NCBI GenBank assembly: GCA_003614675.1
Contig: ML002422.1
Span: forward strand, 1 to 32,485
Direction of reading: 5' to 3'
DNA length: 32,485 bases
DNA from: Dimargaris cristalligena
Taxonomy: Eukaryota
The notes under the pieces were generated by a model. That model saw only the letters and a program-made list of their open reading frames with translations, made no database searches and was not told the origin of the DNA. Each line of letters opens with the position of its first letter. Positions within the stretch are counted from its first letter, which is position 1. Below are positions 13,501 through 27,284 of the stretch, one piece after another. Both the position numbers and the translations under genes were made by a program.

Positions 13501-16500
13501 CGATAATGGGGCCCCATGGCCTGCTATATCGTCCCTGTTATCAACGACCGGTCGTTTGGAAAAGGGGCTACATCAACCTAGCCGAAAGTGGTCAACTTGG
13601 CTGATTAGCGTCCGCTTCCACCACCCATCACTTGGAACTCTATTTTCCCCTTCCTTCAGCGGGATTGTCTTGTGTTGCGATTATCGCTATCATCAAAGTG
13701 CAGGGCACTCGGCGTGCTATTCGCCGACCTGTATGGATCACTCAAGTCAGAGAGTGGTGCGAAGCGTATGGGTATAGCCGGTCCTTTCCTCCCGGCCGGC
13801 CCCATCCACCACATTCTGGAGTGATATTTAAAATGGGAAACGGAGAACAAACTTGTTGCAGGTTAATAAAAATGGCACCGACAATAACGAACTGGCATTG
13901 GTGTATAGCTGGTCATTGTCCTGACTATCCTACACATTCTTGATGGGCAATCCTGGCAGATGTGTATATAAGCGTAAAGGGATAAGGGATCAACTATCCG
14001 CAATGAGCCAAGTGAGTTAGTCTTAATTCAGCTGTTTACCCTAATAAGCGCTATTTGACGGGCAACTGTGGATTAAGAGCACGGTTGGGAAAGACCGGGG
14101 CTTGGCTTATTCTCCCGTCGATGTTTCCAAAGTAACGTCCGAGGCTGGTAGTTGCTACCTGGGAATCGAGGAGCCCTGTAATCCTAGTTTATGGGCAAGC
14201 AGCGTGACATGGGTCTGCCTATTGAATACCCCCGCTGCCCATGGATGTGGCGCTGGAATGCCCATCACACCGCACAAAGAGATGGGCGAGAAAGGATAAA
14301 AATAGTAAGGCGACGAGGGAGAATGGAAATATGTGAGGTAGGTAAGGGGAAGGGGAACCGGGCAGTTCAAAAGGGCAATCCTGAATTCGATATGTATCAA
14401 CAAATCGCCCATCCGTTATTATTCCCTTGGACCAGCCTTCACCCATCAATGGATATAGTGTCTACTTAATCTAATTCAATACAAGATAATATATATTATG
14501 TCTAATAGTATATAAAAATGGCTCCCGAAATATGTCCATTGGGGATTCAATGCGGTCTATTTATCACCATATTGTAATGCTGGTTCGGTAAGCGGCGTTT
14601 CAGCCTCCCTGAAACTAGAATAAGCCGAGACTACGAAGATTCCCAGGTACATTTGACCCGGTTAGCATAGTCAAGCCATGGCCCTGGGGACATTTACTCT
14701 GTGGTTGTCATCCACACCTCCAGTGAAACTACACTTCAATATTAGGTTGCGGAATGCAGAATCCTACTTTATTGTGTATTAATTATTAGCCCAGTACAGC
14801 CCCAGCCCCTTCTTCCACGAAAGTTATAACCGGTATACCTCGTAAATAATGACAACCCCGGCGTTAAAGGTAAAGCCGTACACCACCATGGGTAGAGCGT
14901 GGTATGAGCTGAGAAACCCCTCCGAACAAGAAACCGGATAAACATGGCGAGATATCGGAATAGCGATAACGTATAGCCGGATGAAGTCACACAGGCATTC
15001 GGCATAGAAAAGAGGGGGGGTAATGTTTAGCAGGCCTCTGTTTATATTGATACTCTCTCGAATCTCAGATGGGATGGGAATTTACCCCCATTGACTCAAC
15101 CACAACAGCCCATGAACTACATTTCATTTTATCCATGCCCACGCACCAAATCATGTATATAGATATAAACCTGCGCCGCTGGCATAGACACTTTTATCGC
15201 TGACATATACGGTGGATCAGCAACATCCGTTCAGATTCAAATCCTGGACAAGAGATGATATGGGTTACCGTTGTGAAACGGTGATCAGTTCAGTAGGCAC
15301 ACACTATGGCTAAGGCTAATCAGACCGTGGTCAACCGCAAGAGCCGATATCCCACCTTGCCGGCTGGGGAATTGGCCCTGTGTAGTAACAGCCTGGAGGC
15401 ATTCGGCATTTCACCGAGAACCCCGGTCCATACCTCCTTTATCTCCGCTTAATCTAAAGGCACAGTTATTGTCTTGATTCATTCGGCAAGCCCATCGCAC
15501 AGTGGGGTGCAGATGTGCTCTTCCCCTGGGCCCTTTAGTGTAATTTCAGGACGTTGCAGTGATTCCTACTTGATATTGTCCAGGGCCTAAAGGCGAGTCG
15601 GACTTCTCCTCACCAGTCATACAGGTACTAATAATGTCGCAATACTGTAAGCCTCGGGGTTGGGAGAGAATGGGAGGGGGGGCTTAAGGGATGCTGACGA
15701 TGTGTTTGTTGTTAGGGGAAGAGGAGGGGGCAGCCTGTGGTATGCACGAAGACGCATGGCGTATCTATCGGGAGTAGGGAGGAATTCCAACGAAAGAAAG
15801 TTGGGCCCAATATTAGGCCACGGGGGAATGTAGGGAAAGATGTTCAATATAGGGCTAGATTTTCTTGCCAACTTTCATCCCTCGCTCAATAATCTAGAAT
15901 ACGCCGTCTACCTCATGGGTATTTGATTGTTCAATTTTTTCCCGCATAATTGTTGAAATCGTGTTGTGTGGGGAGAAATGTAGAAATGGAAGGGAGAGCC
16001 GACCGGGTAAACTCTTAATACCATCAGACGGTGTACCTTTAACCTCGGTTCCCCGGCCATGTAGAAATCAGTGGATTTCGCCTCCGTAAGCCAATCACTC
16101 ACACCTCACCCTTTTCAACAGTAAAAAGTGCCAGTATTGACGTCACCTTAACCGAATTGCCTAAGGACCTCCCTCCCCCATTCTGGTCTTTGTCCACCAG
16201 CGTATCCGCACATACACTGTGGAATCCCTGATGGTCCATCGGCACTTGGGTAAGGCCATTCCATAGCGTACTAGAAACTATTCATATTAGCCAACTAAAA
16301 ACGACTGATATACCCTTCCGGACGGCTCCGTAGGGCATATCTCCGGCTCATTTATTCGCTTCTCTTCCAGCCACCCATTCAATGACAATAGAATTAGATT
16401 ACAGAACTGATATCCGTCAGCTATATTTACACAGCAATCGGCAAGAAGGAGTGCCCCCGATGACCACGAGGGGTATGCCTTTAGGGAAAGAGGGGCGAGT

Positions 16501-18467
16501 GGAGAAAGGAAGAGGCGTTGATATCGTGACGCCTCGCTGACTTGGCAGTGGATTATACCCAAAGCTGATGGATATCTGAACCAGCCCCCGACCCTCCCCG
16601 CTGGCATTTCGATTGGCTGACAGGTAACAGATAGTATAAAATAAATAGTCAGTTGGTAGATTATATGAGAGATTAACTCCGCAAGGATAACCTAAGAGAC
16701 GCACCCACCAGAGCTAGGGTCATTATTGGTGACTAGACCAAGCCAGCATGGTTCTGGTGGTGGACTGCAGAACCTTCAGGGAGAGGATGGTGTATCCCCG
16801 TTCTACCTTACAAGTTGGTTAAGGCTGCTTTCCAATACGCCCACCTTCCTGTGCCTTGACCAAGTCGACACTAATGTACCCCTGAACTTATGAACTAAGT
16901 TTTGGCCATTGCTACCACGAATCGCGCTGGTCCAACGATGGTGACTATCACAAAAAAATACGAAAGGCGGACATCTTGCCCATTGACCTTCTCCGGAATG
17001 ACAGTGGCAATAGCAGGGGAGAATATAATGATGATATGGGGAATGAGTAGGTGAAGCCATTCCCCTGCAGTAGCACCCCTAAGATCCGAAAATGTGAAGC
17101 GGACTTGGGCAGCCACTTAATGCCACCCCATTTCCACACACATACATATGGTTCAGCTCGATTAGGCAAGGTCAAAAAAAAGGGACGCTCCTTAGTTGCC
17201 CTTGAACTAGTTACGGATAGGTGGACTTGGCTACATTCCACAACCCCTTGGGGTGGTCAGATATCTGTAGGTCCCTTCTTCATAGACATTTCGCTCGAAT
17301 AGCTCTTCAACAAAACCAACATCACTCCATATATACTGTGCCCCCCTTCTTTTTATTTTGTTACAGGCAACGGAATCTGTCAGATCCTACGTTGGGGAAG
17401 GTTCACTTTTAGTGACTTGGAATCGACGATTTGACCAAGACTGCTGATGGGATGAATTCGGATATCACTTTGTATCTGTTCTTATTGCCAATAAAGGCGG
17501 CCGAGGGACCCTCCCCCGAAAGGAAGGCGAGAGAGAGAGATGATACTAGTAAAGTGGCTGGGGAGCAAAACCGGGTCAGGTGACGAATGTTGGAGGGACA
17601 ATAAAATAATGCGTATCATAAATCAATTTTTGATTATATTATTGGGGGCGATAAATGAATTGGGGTGGCGCTGGTGAAAAGGGGAGGGGATGTAATTCCA
17701 AAATAAGGAAGGCAAATTCATCACCTTATTTGGAATGCCCAAAAAAAAAGAGGGAGGGAGGGGTGGGGCTTGACAAAGAGGTGGAAGGGAAGGATATATC
17801 GGGCACAAAAAAATAGGTAGAGTCGGCTGGAAGAGAAAAAGGAGGGTTGTACGAATACAAAGTGGCGGTTGGTCTCGAGGGGGTATGTGGAATTCGGGGT
17901 ATAAATGCCCCGAGTCACCCACCGGTGACGATGACGACAGTACCCATTTACATGGGGGAGAAAGGGGGGGGAGGTGTGGTATAGTAAGCAGCGAAGAACT
18001 AATGAGCCTCGCAAACGAAGGGTCGGCGGGTCGAGAGGAGGATGCGGGATATGGAAAACGACGAACTGGTGATATTTCCATATAATTAATAGGTTCCGTC
18101 GGGAGGGTGAATTACACATGCTTAGGCCTCAGTTAACCTGGGCCAGAGTAAGCGGCTGTGGCAACCACCATTTGCAAACCCCGCGAATGGAGACCATTGG
18201 CCTTTCATTTCCTTGTAGTAGTCGACAAGAGTTTCCCGGAAGGCTTGGCAAAAAGGGTGGAAGGGTAGGATAGGATTAAACCCATCACCTCTCCCCTCCT
18301 AATTACATGCGGTATCCGCGCCCGTCTTCGCCGCTGTAGGCGAGTGGCTGGCTATATAATGTAAAACCAAGGACCCGGACGCGCCAGGCCCACTCGCCGA
18401 CCCTAGTTTAAAGACCCCGAAGGGTGGGTATGACCCGGGCGCGCCCTGGCCCAGATTAATGAAAGAG

Positions 18468-18470
<3 letters not shown>

Positions 18471-18498
<28 letters not shown>
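18471..18498. repeat. (TA)14 microsatellite
   Basis: Read directly from the sequence. Confidence 0.95.
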
Positions 18499-18501
<3 letters not shown>

Positions 18502-21500
18502 GGGAAGGGGGTGAATGGCCCGGCCTAATTCCTTTTAACCTAAGGGACCCGCGGCTTTGTTCAGGTGGGGTGGAGAGGGAGGGGGGAAAGAGGGCCCTTT
18601 AACGGGTCCTAAAGCAGGTACCCTTATCCGCCTCCTCTCTTCTCCACCTTACTGGTTTGCAGGTCATCCACCTTGTTCTAAGTAGGCCGGGAATTGGGCA
18701 CTGGTGGAGGAAGGTCGGCACCAGAAGAGGGAAAAGGATGATAAGCAGAGGGGGAAAGCGGAAACTGGTGAAATGGGAAAATGGGAAAATATGGAACAAG
18801 CAGAGTCGGCATCCGCACTATTGGATCGGGCCAAAGATTAGCCGGGGGAATCGAAGTGAACCCTCTCTCTTTCTCTCTCATATATTGCTCTGGGATCTAC
18901 CTCATCACAGGTACATTGGTCTCCAGGTCGGTCTTTCGCCAATGGCAACAAAAAGATAGAGGCCGTGGACCATTGGGATGCAAAATACCATTAAGCACCT
19001 TTTATTCAGCACACAAACGAGGCGCACCGGTTAAACAGTGGGCAACAATAATAGGCCTCCTCTTCATTTATCCGAGGAGCTAATACACCCCCACCAGCAC
19101 CTCAGGATTCGGTAATGTCCACTGCACCTCTCTATCTATTGGCCCCGTTCGAAGCCGACTATACTATCTCCCGATAATAAATTATTCCGATAATCGGGAT
19201 GGAGTGAGACGGCAGGGTAGAGCCGCCGGAAGGCAGTCAGTAATAGTAGTACGACCGGGCCACAAGACCTTTTCCTCCCTCCTCACCTTTCCTAGACTCC
19301 CCCCCCCCGATCAATTGGCGAATGGGAAGTGAACCTGACATTGGCGAGCGGTTGTACCTCCAGGTGTGTTACCTTTGCGGAGGAGGGATGGACGGAAAAC
19401 TGCGCAATGGACACCTTTTTATAGCCACCAGGGTTCCACAGACGGGATGACCCCACGTTGTGGCCGTTGAACGGCTTCCAGGACTAGCTGCACGTTCATT
19501 TCTTATGTATTTGGGGGATGGGGTTGCCACGGGAAGCTGTAGTAAGGCAACATGCCCTTACCAGAACCATATACGGATACGTTAGTGTCTGTGCAAGCGT
19601 GGCCAGGCAATAGAAAGAGACATTGATGATGCCATCACCGACCTAAAACCGTATACTGAATATTCAGTCATGTATTGAATATTTGGAATAGTCGAAAGTA
19701 ATGTGATGTGGTCCTTAAAAAGAGTCCGATGGTCCACAGACATATCGACCCAGTGGCCGATTATCATGGCGTATTGGTGGTCTGATGACACCCTCTCTCT
19801 GGGGGTCCGTATTTTCATTTATTTTCTTATATGAACCGCGCGCCCCCTCCTCGCACATGACTTAGACCCTTCAGCCGTCTGTACCTTGTGGGTTCCTCGT
19901 TGGTATTTCTATTATAGATATTTCTCAAATGTTTGATTTCACTCGATCAGCAGGCCCAACCTAGCAACCGCATCATCATGGTCCGTGGGGTTCTTACTAT
20001 GCTATGGAGGAAGCCCGCGTGGTCCTTGTCATTGGATTCAATGGGGTGGGGCGGTGGAGAGTGGAACCACATACCATGCATGGTGGTTCTGAGGAGAAGT
20101 ACGGTCCAACGATGCCCATATGTGGGAGGAGGGGGCTCTTGGTATATTTTTAGTCATTTGCCTTATTTATTTTTGCGGTCAGGTTTTTAAAGCAGCCCAT
20201 TGTTGAGCAAGAAAAAAATAGGTGGAGGTTACTGACAGCTGACAGAATGGTACCACGTCGCGTTTAAGTCACTCTCAAGATAGTTTAACTCCATAGCCCG
20301 TTCTCGGGGGATCCAGAAGAATGGCCGAAGGAGTGTGCTCGTGGCCCATCCGCTGACTTACAACTGTGGATGGGTACCTAGCTAATAAATAAATGATTAA
20401 GAGGGAGAATAAGAGAGAGAGGGATGGGTTAGTGCCTGCAGAACCTATGTAGTCAAATGAATTCGGCAAAACGGGTAGGATGGACTGTGGCGAACACAAA
20501 CTAATAGACAGTATACTCTAATTAAATAGGCGAGAGGGTACTGTGAGTAAAAAAAAGCCACACGAGAACTTCACCTAAAATGAACACTGGTGGTTAAACT
20601 ATATCCGCCATAATAATGACTGAGGTATTCGGGGAGGATGGCAAAATTACAATGAACCGGTGGGCGGCTCATGCGGATGAATGGTGAATGTAGTTGACGA
20701 GCTTTAATTAGAAGCGCGGCCAGCACTCCTTCCTCCCTCCCCCCTTCACTAGGCAATGGTCTTGGACCCAGGGCTCTCTTCTGCCCTTCACGTCCATATT
20801 CTCCCAGAGGCCCCTTGAGCGGACATCATTCTAATATATAGCCGACTGATAGATGAGTGGCCCGCTCCGAACAGAGATGCGCGGTTGGTGAAGAAAGAGG
20901 AGGCGCGAAATTCCTAAAGTAAGGAAGGGGAGAAGAGAGAGAGAGAGAGGAAGCCCCCCTTCCTTCTCCACCCCGTTTTTCCGTACCACCGTCGACTATT
21001 GGACTAGAGCCGGGAGGGGAAGAGTAGTATATACTCTGCTACATATTTCATCCGCTCATTCTCAGTTGTTCCTGGCCAAACCCCTCCCTTTCTCTCTATC
21101 TCTCTCTTACCTATGGCCATCAACCCATCCATATATAATAAACCGACCAACCGGATTAGGGGGATTTGGCTGTGGATAGTGGATATGGATACGGATTTGG
21201 GGAGTAAATATAGGAAGAACCAAAGGGCCTGTGGCCATAGTGGAGGGAAGAGCTTCGTTTATCTTCTTACTCTCGGTATCACAGCGAGGCCGGAAAATCC
21301 CCCCACACCTGTCATTCGGCTTGATTCAACTCCTCTCACCATAGACTCGCCCTCTGCTCGATGTGTGTGGGTGGGTTTCGGGAGGTAATGTATATATGGG
21401 TTTTAGAGGCAAGTAACTTGGACGAGAGCATTTTCACCTATACCTCACTGTATCCTATTATTTCACCTGGTTAGCCGGCTATATTTTTGGTCTGGATCTG

Positions 21501-24500
21501 CTCCTCCTTCTCCGCCTACACTCACAATTCACTCCATAATATTATTTTTTTTTCGGAATTACACCTTGGCCGTGTTTCTGCTCTCCAATAGGTGGTGGGG
21601 AAAGAGGCTTGTGCGACCTTCGGCTACCGGCCGGTATATTCACATCACACACGGGCAAATAACCCCTCCCCCATCCATCTACCTAACTTTCCTTTTCCTC
21701 TTCTTTTGCGTCGCTATGAGCTATATACTGATCAATAGTTTCCTGTATCCACACCTTGTGCTCCGCCAAGACTACTTGCATTGGCCAATAATAGCTCAAT
21801 GAACGCGGATGAGGATGGGGAGGAGGAAGAAACTCTCCGAAAATGACTAGCGAGTTTCAACTTCGATTTTGTTAAATAGAAAACCCACACCCACATAGGA
21901 TATCGACTAATATTTTGTTGATAATGGTATATTCATATATATATCAAAGGGATGGCTATTATGTTGAGGAAGATGGGCCATGATGTCAACTCAGTACTCT
22001 GGACATCAAACACAACGAGTGGAGCTTCCGCCCTAGAAGATTGCCCTGATCCGGTCCGCCAACAAGTGGATCCATAAATTACATTGATGTCATCACAATG
22101 AAGGGGAGGAGGGACATGGCTATTTCAGAGCCGCACCGAAAGCGCGGAAGGGTTCTTTGCTGCTACCCACACTAACCTATTCCGACCTTGGCCACCAATA
22201 TAGCCCAGACATGGCCAGTTGGGGGATGTACACCGACACATACACACATGTAATATACACACGCCTCTCCTCTCTCTCTAAATTCTCTGACATTTCCATG
22301 TTGGCCACGATTATAGTTCGGCTATTGGGTGGACTCTCTACTGGCCATCAGAGAGTGGTTGGCTATGAAATGAAGGAGAGAGGATGAGGGAGGGAGGGGA
22401 TATGGTCTAGAGGACAATGATGGATGAACAACACTGCTGCTATTCACCACCACCCTCTTATTATCCCCTTCTTTTGCGCCCTCCGAACCCAATAATATCT
22501 TTGGAAATGAGACAAACCAAACGCCCCCGAATTATCCCATCGTCAATTGGTACATTTATATAGTGCGCTCTACTTTGTGTATACCGTGTTTTTCGTGGCA
22601 GCCCTATGGAACGGTGGAAACTCATTATTATTACCATCCCGCTCTTGATCCGGCGGCAAATGGACCATGGTTCGCTAACCCCCCTCCATCACGCCTGGTT
22701 ATTCTGGGAGGTGGGGTATTGGTGTAGATGTAATCGAGGGGCCTGGAGCTATACTGCTCCCTCGACCATCCTACTTCATCACCTCGCTGAACAAGGTAAG
22801 GGAAGCTATATTATTTTTTTACGGAAAGGGTAGAGCATTGGTCAATTATAGAATATCGGATTAGCACTGACCCTGGCTGGTCCGGTAACCTGCGCTAACC
22901 CCTCTATCCACCGATAATGTCGTAGGGTTGGGTCCAAACTGCTGCTTATCAGCCAGGGTGGAAGCCAAATGGGGTAGGGGGTTGGGAATCTCTTAGTCCC
23001 CCACGAACCAACGGATAATGGGGGTGAAGGAGGGTGTCACTATGGGCCTCCCCCCCTCCTGTAGTCTGCAGTAGATTTCCTTTTGAACGGGCCACTGCAT
23101 GTAGAGGTTGATTCTCGAGAAAAATAGCCGCCCTATACATTAGAATTCAGGAGAGAGAGAGAGAGAGCCAAGGTTGGGAGAAGGAGTAGATACAGGGAGA
23201 AAGTACGATAAAGCACTTGGGTAAACAAAGGGAATGTGGGTGTGTATATGTGTGTACACTTGGGGAGGGCCATTAGGGCAGATTGATCCGACAGGGTGGA
23301 ACAGGTAGGTAGTGTGGCTTCCTGAATCGTCTCGGCCATTTGCTTCAAAGAGGAATAGGCCAGAAAAGGGTAGTCGTGGACAAGAACGACCTCCTGTCAT
23401 CCGTCAGTAGCACACCAGCCATCAGCTGGGGGTTGCCCTTTTAGAGGCAATACTCGGATATAGCTAGCCCGGATGATCTCTACACCCCTCGTCCTTCGGC
23501 GGCACGTATTATACGTTTATATCTACCCTGGTTTTCTACTCTGGGTGATAATCAAATCGGCGAATCCACCAAACTGGCCCTTTACAAGCGAGTGGCAGCC
23601 GCCACATCACTCACCCTATCTTTCCTACCCATCATTGGCATCATATATCCCGCACCCCCTCCCTACGACGTCGGCCAGCCAGCCCGGTCCAGTCGCACTG
23701 GATACCGCGCAATGGCGGTGGTTGGCATTGTTCTCCAGCAACGTCCGATCTTCCGCACCTTTCATAAACGAATGGCGAGGGGCTAAAAAGAGGGAAGCGG
23801 GTGTGAGTGGATCCATCGGTAGCGTAGCTCTTCTAGTGGTTAATGAAAGTCACAATTAAGGATTGGGCAATAAATGGGGGGCTCCAATGGAAGGGCAGTT
23901 AGTTCGGGAAGGGGAAGTCGAGGCGGAAATGCGAGAGGGATACGATAGGTGTGAATGGATAGAGATAGTGGGGCATGGTATATGGTGGCTGTGATGATGA
24001 TAATTCCAGCAGAGAAGATGATACGTCTCTACCGCAATTGTAGCCAGTAGAAAAGGTGCCTGTCGCGGACGAAGGAGGGTTGCAACAGCCTGTCAAACCC
24101 ATTTAAATCCGACAGACTGGATTGGCTGGACATTTATGGTATATTCTCGGTAAAGTCAAGAATTCCGTGCCAAGAGGGGGAAAGGGCGCCTCTCACTCAC
24201 TCACACTCTCTCTCTCTCTCTCTTTCTATTCGGGCGGTGGTAACAGCAACTGTTGGGCTGGGGAAGTGTTTCGGTGTATACACCACTATACATAATATAG
24301 TAAGAGCGGCCCCGCTTTGGGTTGATTCAGCGAATCCCGGGCGATGATTGGCCCATCCGTGGCAGGTGAGATTAGGTGGGACTTTTTTTCCCTTTCTTGG
24401 TGGTGGTGCGCTAATTAAATCACCACCAGGCTCCATGGCCATGAAAGAGAGGGATCCTCCCCCGATTTCCCCACCCCACCCTCCTTTCCACCTACCCTCT

Positions 24501-25192
24501 TACCCAGAGCTGCTGGGCTGGTCCCCCCACCAGGTTTAATATTGTTTTAGGTCCATCGAGTATCACATAAGGACGGCATTTCCCTGCCCTGTTATTTAGC
24601 CAGGTAGTGATGGTGATGATAATAATAATAATGCTGGGCCTACACAGAGCTGGCCCATGGCTCATCCAAGCCATTTAGCTGTGGCAGTTCTCTCCATTCT
24701 ACCCCCCAAGCCGAAATAACATGTCCCTTGCGCCAGACTAGGGTTATCGCTTCCTGCTACAACTTACAATACCATAGTAAGTTGGTGCACAGACCGCTAC
24801 TGCTTCGACATTGACGATTCTTCCAGCTGACTCGTCCACGTCAACCGCCAATTTCCCAGTTAGGGAGAAGAGGAGAAGGAGAGAGAAGCACGCGGGCACA
24901 CCAACGGAGAAGAACCGCCGAATGGGTCTTCGCCGGCCCCTATATATCACTCTGCCATACCCTTTCTCCACATCCGTTTATCCAATTTCCGTCAGGGGGG
25001 GTTATATCACATTCACTGGGGGCACGCTCACCAGGGGAGTGCTAAGGTTCAACGGAGTATGTGGGGGAAGCAATCTGGTGCTCTCTATGTGAGGGTGGGC
25101 AGTTAGTTGGTCACAGCTACTTTGTCTCCCTTTCTCCACCCATTCCACCAAACAGTGTATGTCTCGACCCGGTTTTCATTTAATCGATTGAA

Positions 25193-25212
25193 TATATATA
25201 TATATATATATA
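25193..25212. repeat. (TA)10 microsatellite
   Basis: Read directly from the sequence. Confidence 0.93.
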
Positions 25213-25411
25213 GCTAACTTAATAACCAATCTCGCCATAGTGACTATAGGACGGAGGACACTGGCTAAATAGGGTGCTAAGGAGACTGAATAGATCGGGC
25301 AGATACTATCAAAGAAGGGCCCTCAATTAGTTGCCAGGATGGGGTCGGGTGCCCTGGCCTCCAGTAGGAGGCATCCCCTTGCGCTGACCCTTTCGCCATA
25401 TGCCTCGTTAC

Positions 25412-25432
25412 TAAAATAAAATAAAATAAAAT
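25412..25432. repeat. (TAAAA)4 pentanucleotide repeat
   Basis: Read directly from the sequence. Confidence 0.85.
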
Positions 25433-27038
25433 GGCCCGACACGGGTCCAGATCATCCCTACTGTCGAACCCCGTTCGCTTAAACGAATGCCCAGACGCGG
25501 CAGATGAGGCGGACAACGGGAGAAGAGAAATCAGGGCCCTGGTCTCCCCTCTTTCTTTTCTATATATTATATATTTGCTCGGTTCATACCAGACCCTATG
25601 TAAAAGCCTGGCTATATATTATCCCGAGTCCGCGTCCGGGCTATTCAACTTGGCGGCTGGATCCAGTTCCGGCAATTGTAAAATTGCTTGTGTGGGTGCA
25701 AACCGGGTGTTGGTCGGTGAAATGATCGAGGGTTGCTTATTAAGGAAGCTGGCATCCAATATGCGAACGGCGCTGGGTGAGGGCTTTTAAATCACTGCGC
25801 ACCAGAGCGAGTGGAATCAAACCTCTCATTCTGGACAATCAAGCTGTCGAGCCAGACTCGCCTCCAAAGTGTAGGAAAGCATTCCAGCTACTCAACGAAC
25901 CCCTATTTGGACGGAGCCCTCCCCTCTCCCTCCTACCGGATTATTCCCAAAAATTCGGTTACCATGCCTCTAATACAAGTTGCTTATCAACCCCGAAAGA
26001 ACAACCCCCTCCCCCCTTTTGGTTGTCTAGTTCGACCCTATATCCTCACACCCACACCCACACTCACCTCGTTCTCGTACTCCTCCGGGTCCCCTTAAAG
26101 GTGGGTTTCGAACCACCCCTTACATCTCGCTACGTTCACACCCTCCATGTGCATTTCACGGACTGTCTAAATTCGATACTTGGGTCGATACACTCACTCG
26201 TCTTCCCCCCTTGGGATAATTCAGTTGTGCTCGCCATACGTCCAGCGGCTTTTCGAATCCACCTGATTTTGCCGTTCCCCATTCGCGTTTGGTCCGGCTA
26301 TTTCCCTCTCTAGACAGCGAACACCCCACAATATTGGGATAATTTGGCCAAAACACGCACTCGCCACACATACACTATTACTATATTGTAGTCTCGCGCA
26401 TTAACCAAAGCGTTTCCCTTATTTGCATGCGATTAATACGGACACTACAATTGGCCGAATGAATCCAAAAAGCCTCTGGGTAATCACCGGTCCTGTTCCG
26501 CATCGTCTGTTTGTGAAAAAAAAAACAAAGCACCAAGCTGGGAATGCCCCTGATACCCCCAAATTACAGTATAGCATGCTTACTGCATGGCTTTAATTAA
26601 ATTAGTACTTTGGAACAGACATTTCATGCCTTCTCCCCGTTCCTCCTCTTCGCTTTGGTTTAGTCTAACCGGTGACCGTCTACAATGCCTATTTTATCCT
26701 TTTACGGGAAGGGTGCAGGTTAGCCGGTCCCATCCCATCCCGTGGATCGTTACGTCGAGCTTCGATGTTCTACATTAACTAGAGAGGCACTCATGTGTGG
26801 AATACGGCAATTTTCGCTTTGGTGCCGTGGACACTTCGTGCATCATGCGCCCTTGGCGGGGGCTATCGAATTGTCTTCGCCAGCTACAGCTCAATCATAC
26901 TTGAGCATGTCCATTTCCCCCAACTCGGATGGCCGCAATTCTTTTTGCCTTCACATCGCCCCCATTGATTAAATCGTTTAATTTCGGGTAACCTGGCCGT
27001 GTGGCTTTTTTAGTTAACGCAGGCCTGCACGTGGTGGT

Positions 27039-27055
27039 GGGGGGGGGGGGGGGGG
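27039..27055. repeat. G17 homopolymer preceded by (GTG)3
   Basis: Read directly from the sequence. Confidence 0.93.
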
Positions 27056-27224
27056 AAGAGATGTAACAAGTTCACCAATTTCTTTAGATTGCTTAGTTGC
27101 CCTATGTGACCTTTGCGCACCCTGCGCGGACCCTGGCTGCTCCCCGCCCTTCCCCTCACTCCCTCACTGCCTTTATAGAAATTTGCTTAGCCTTGGAGCA
27201 GTTGGGTATCCCTCCACCCCCCCA

Positions 27225-27258
<34 letters not shown>

Positions 27259-27284
27259 GCAATAATAGTAATAATAGTAATAAC
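27225..27284. repeat. (AAT)11 microsatellite with a degenerate AAT/AGT extension
   Basis: Perfect (AAT)11 at 27225-27257, then AGC AAT AAT AGT AAT AAT AGT AAT AAC. It explains the poly-Ile and poly-Tyr runs in the spurious ORFs here. Confidence 0.95.

Noticed and set aside
7751..17048. Similar 21-22-mers ATGATGATAT(T)GG(C/G)GAATGAGT at 7751 and 17028, as C-box snoRNAs or a dispersed repeat
   Set aside because: I found no suitably placed D box with a terminal stem. The similarity does not extend and is within chance for an all-against-all comparison.
17472..17485. GTATCTGTTCTTAT, identical to 14 nt of U2 snRNA as I recall it
   Set aside because: The flanking branch-point recognition sequence (GTGTAGTA), stem I and downstream stem IIa are absent, so it is probably a chance match. 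An Infernal search with the Rfam U2 model would settle it.
26098..26120. GGTTCGAAACCC on the minus strand as a tRNA T-loop (also TTCGAATCC at about 29082 and 26252)
   Set aside because: No proper T-stem, D-arm, anticodon arm or acceptor stem can be built.
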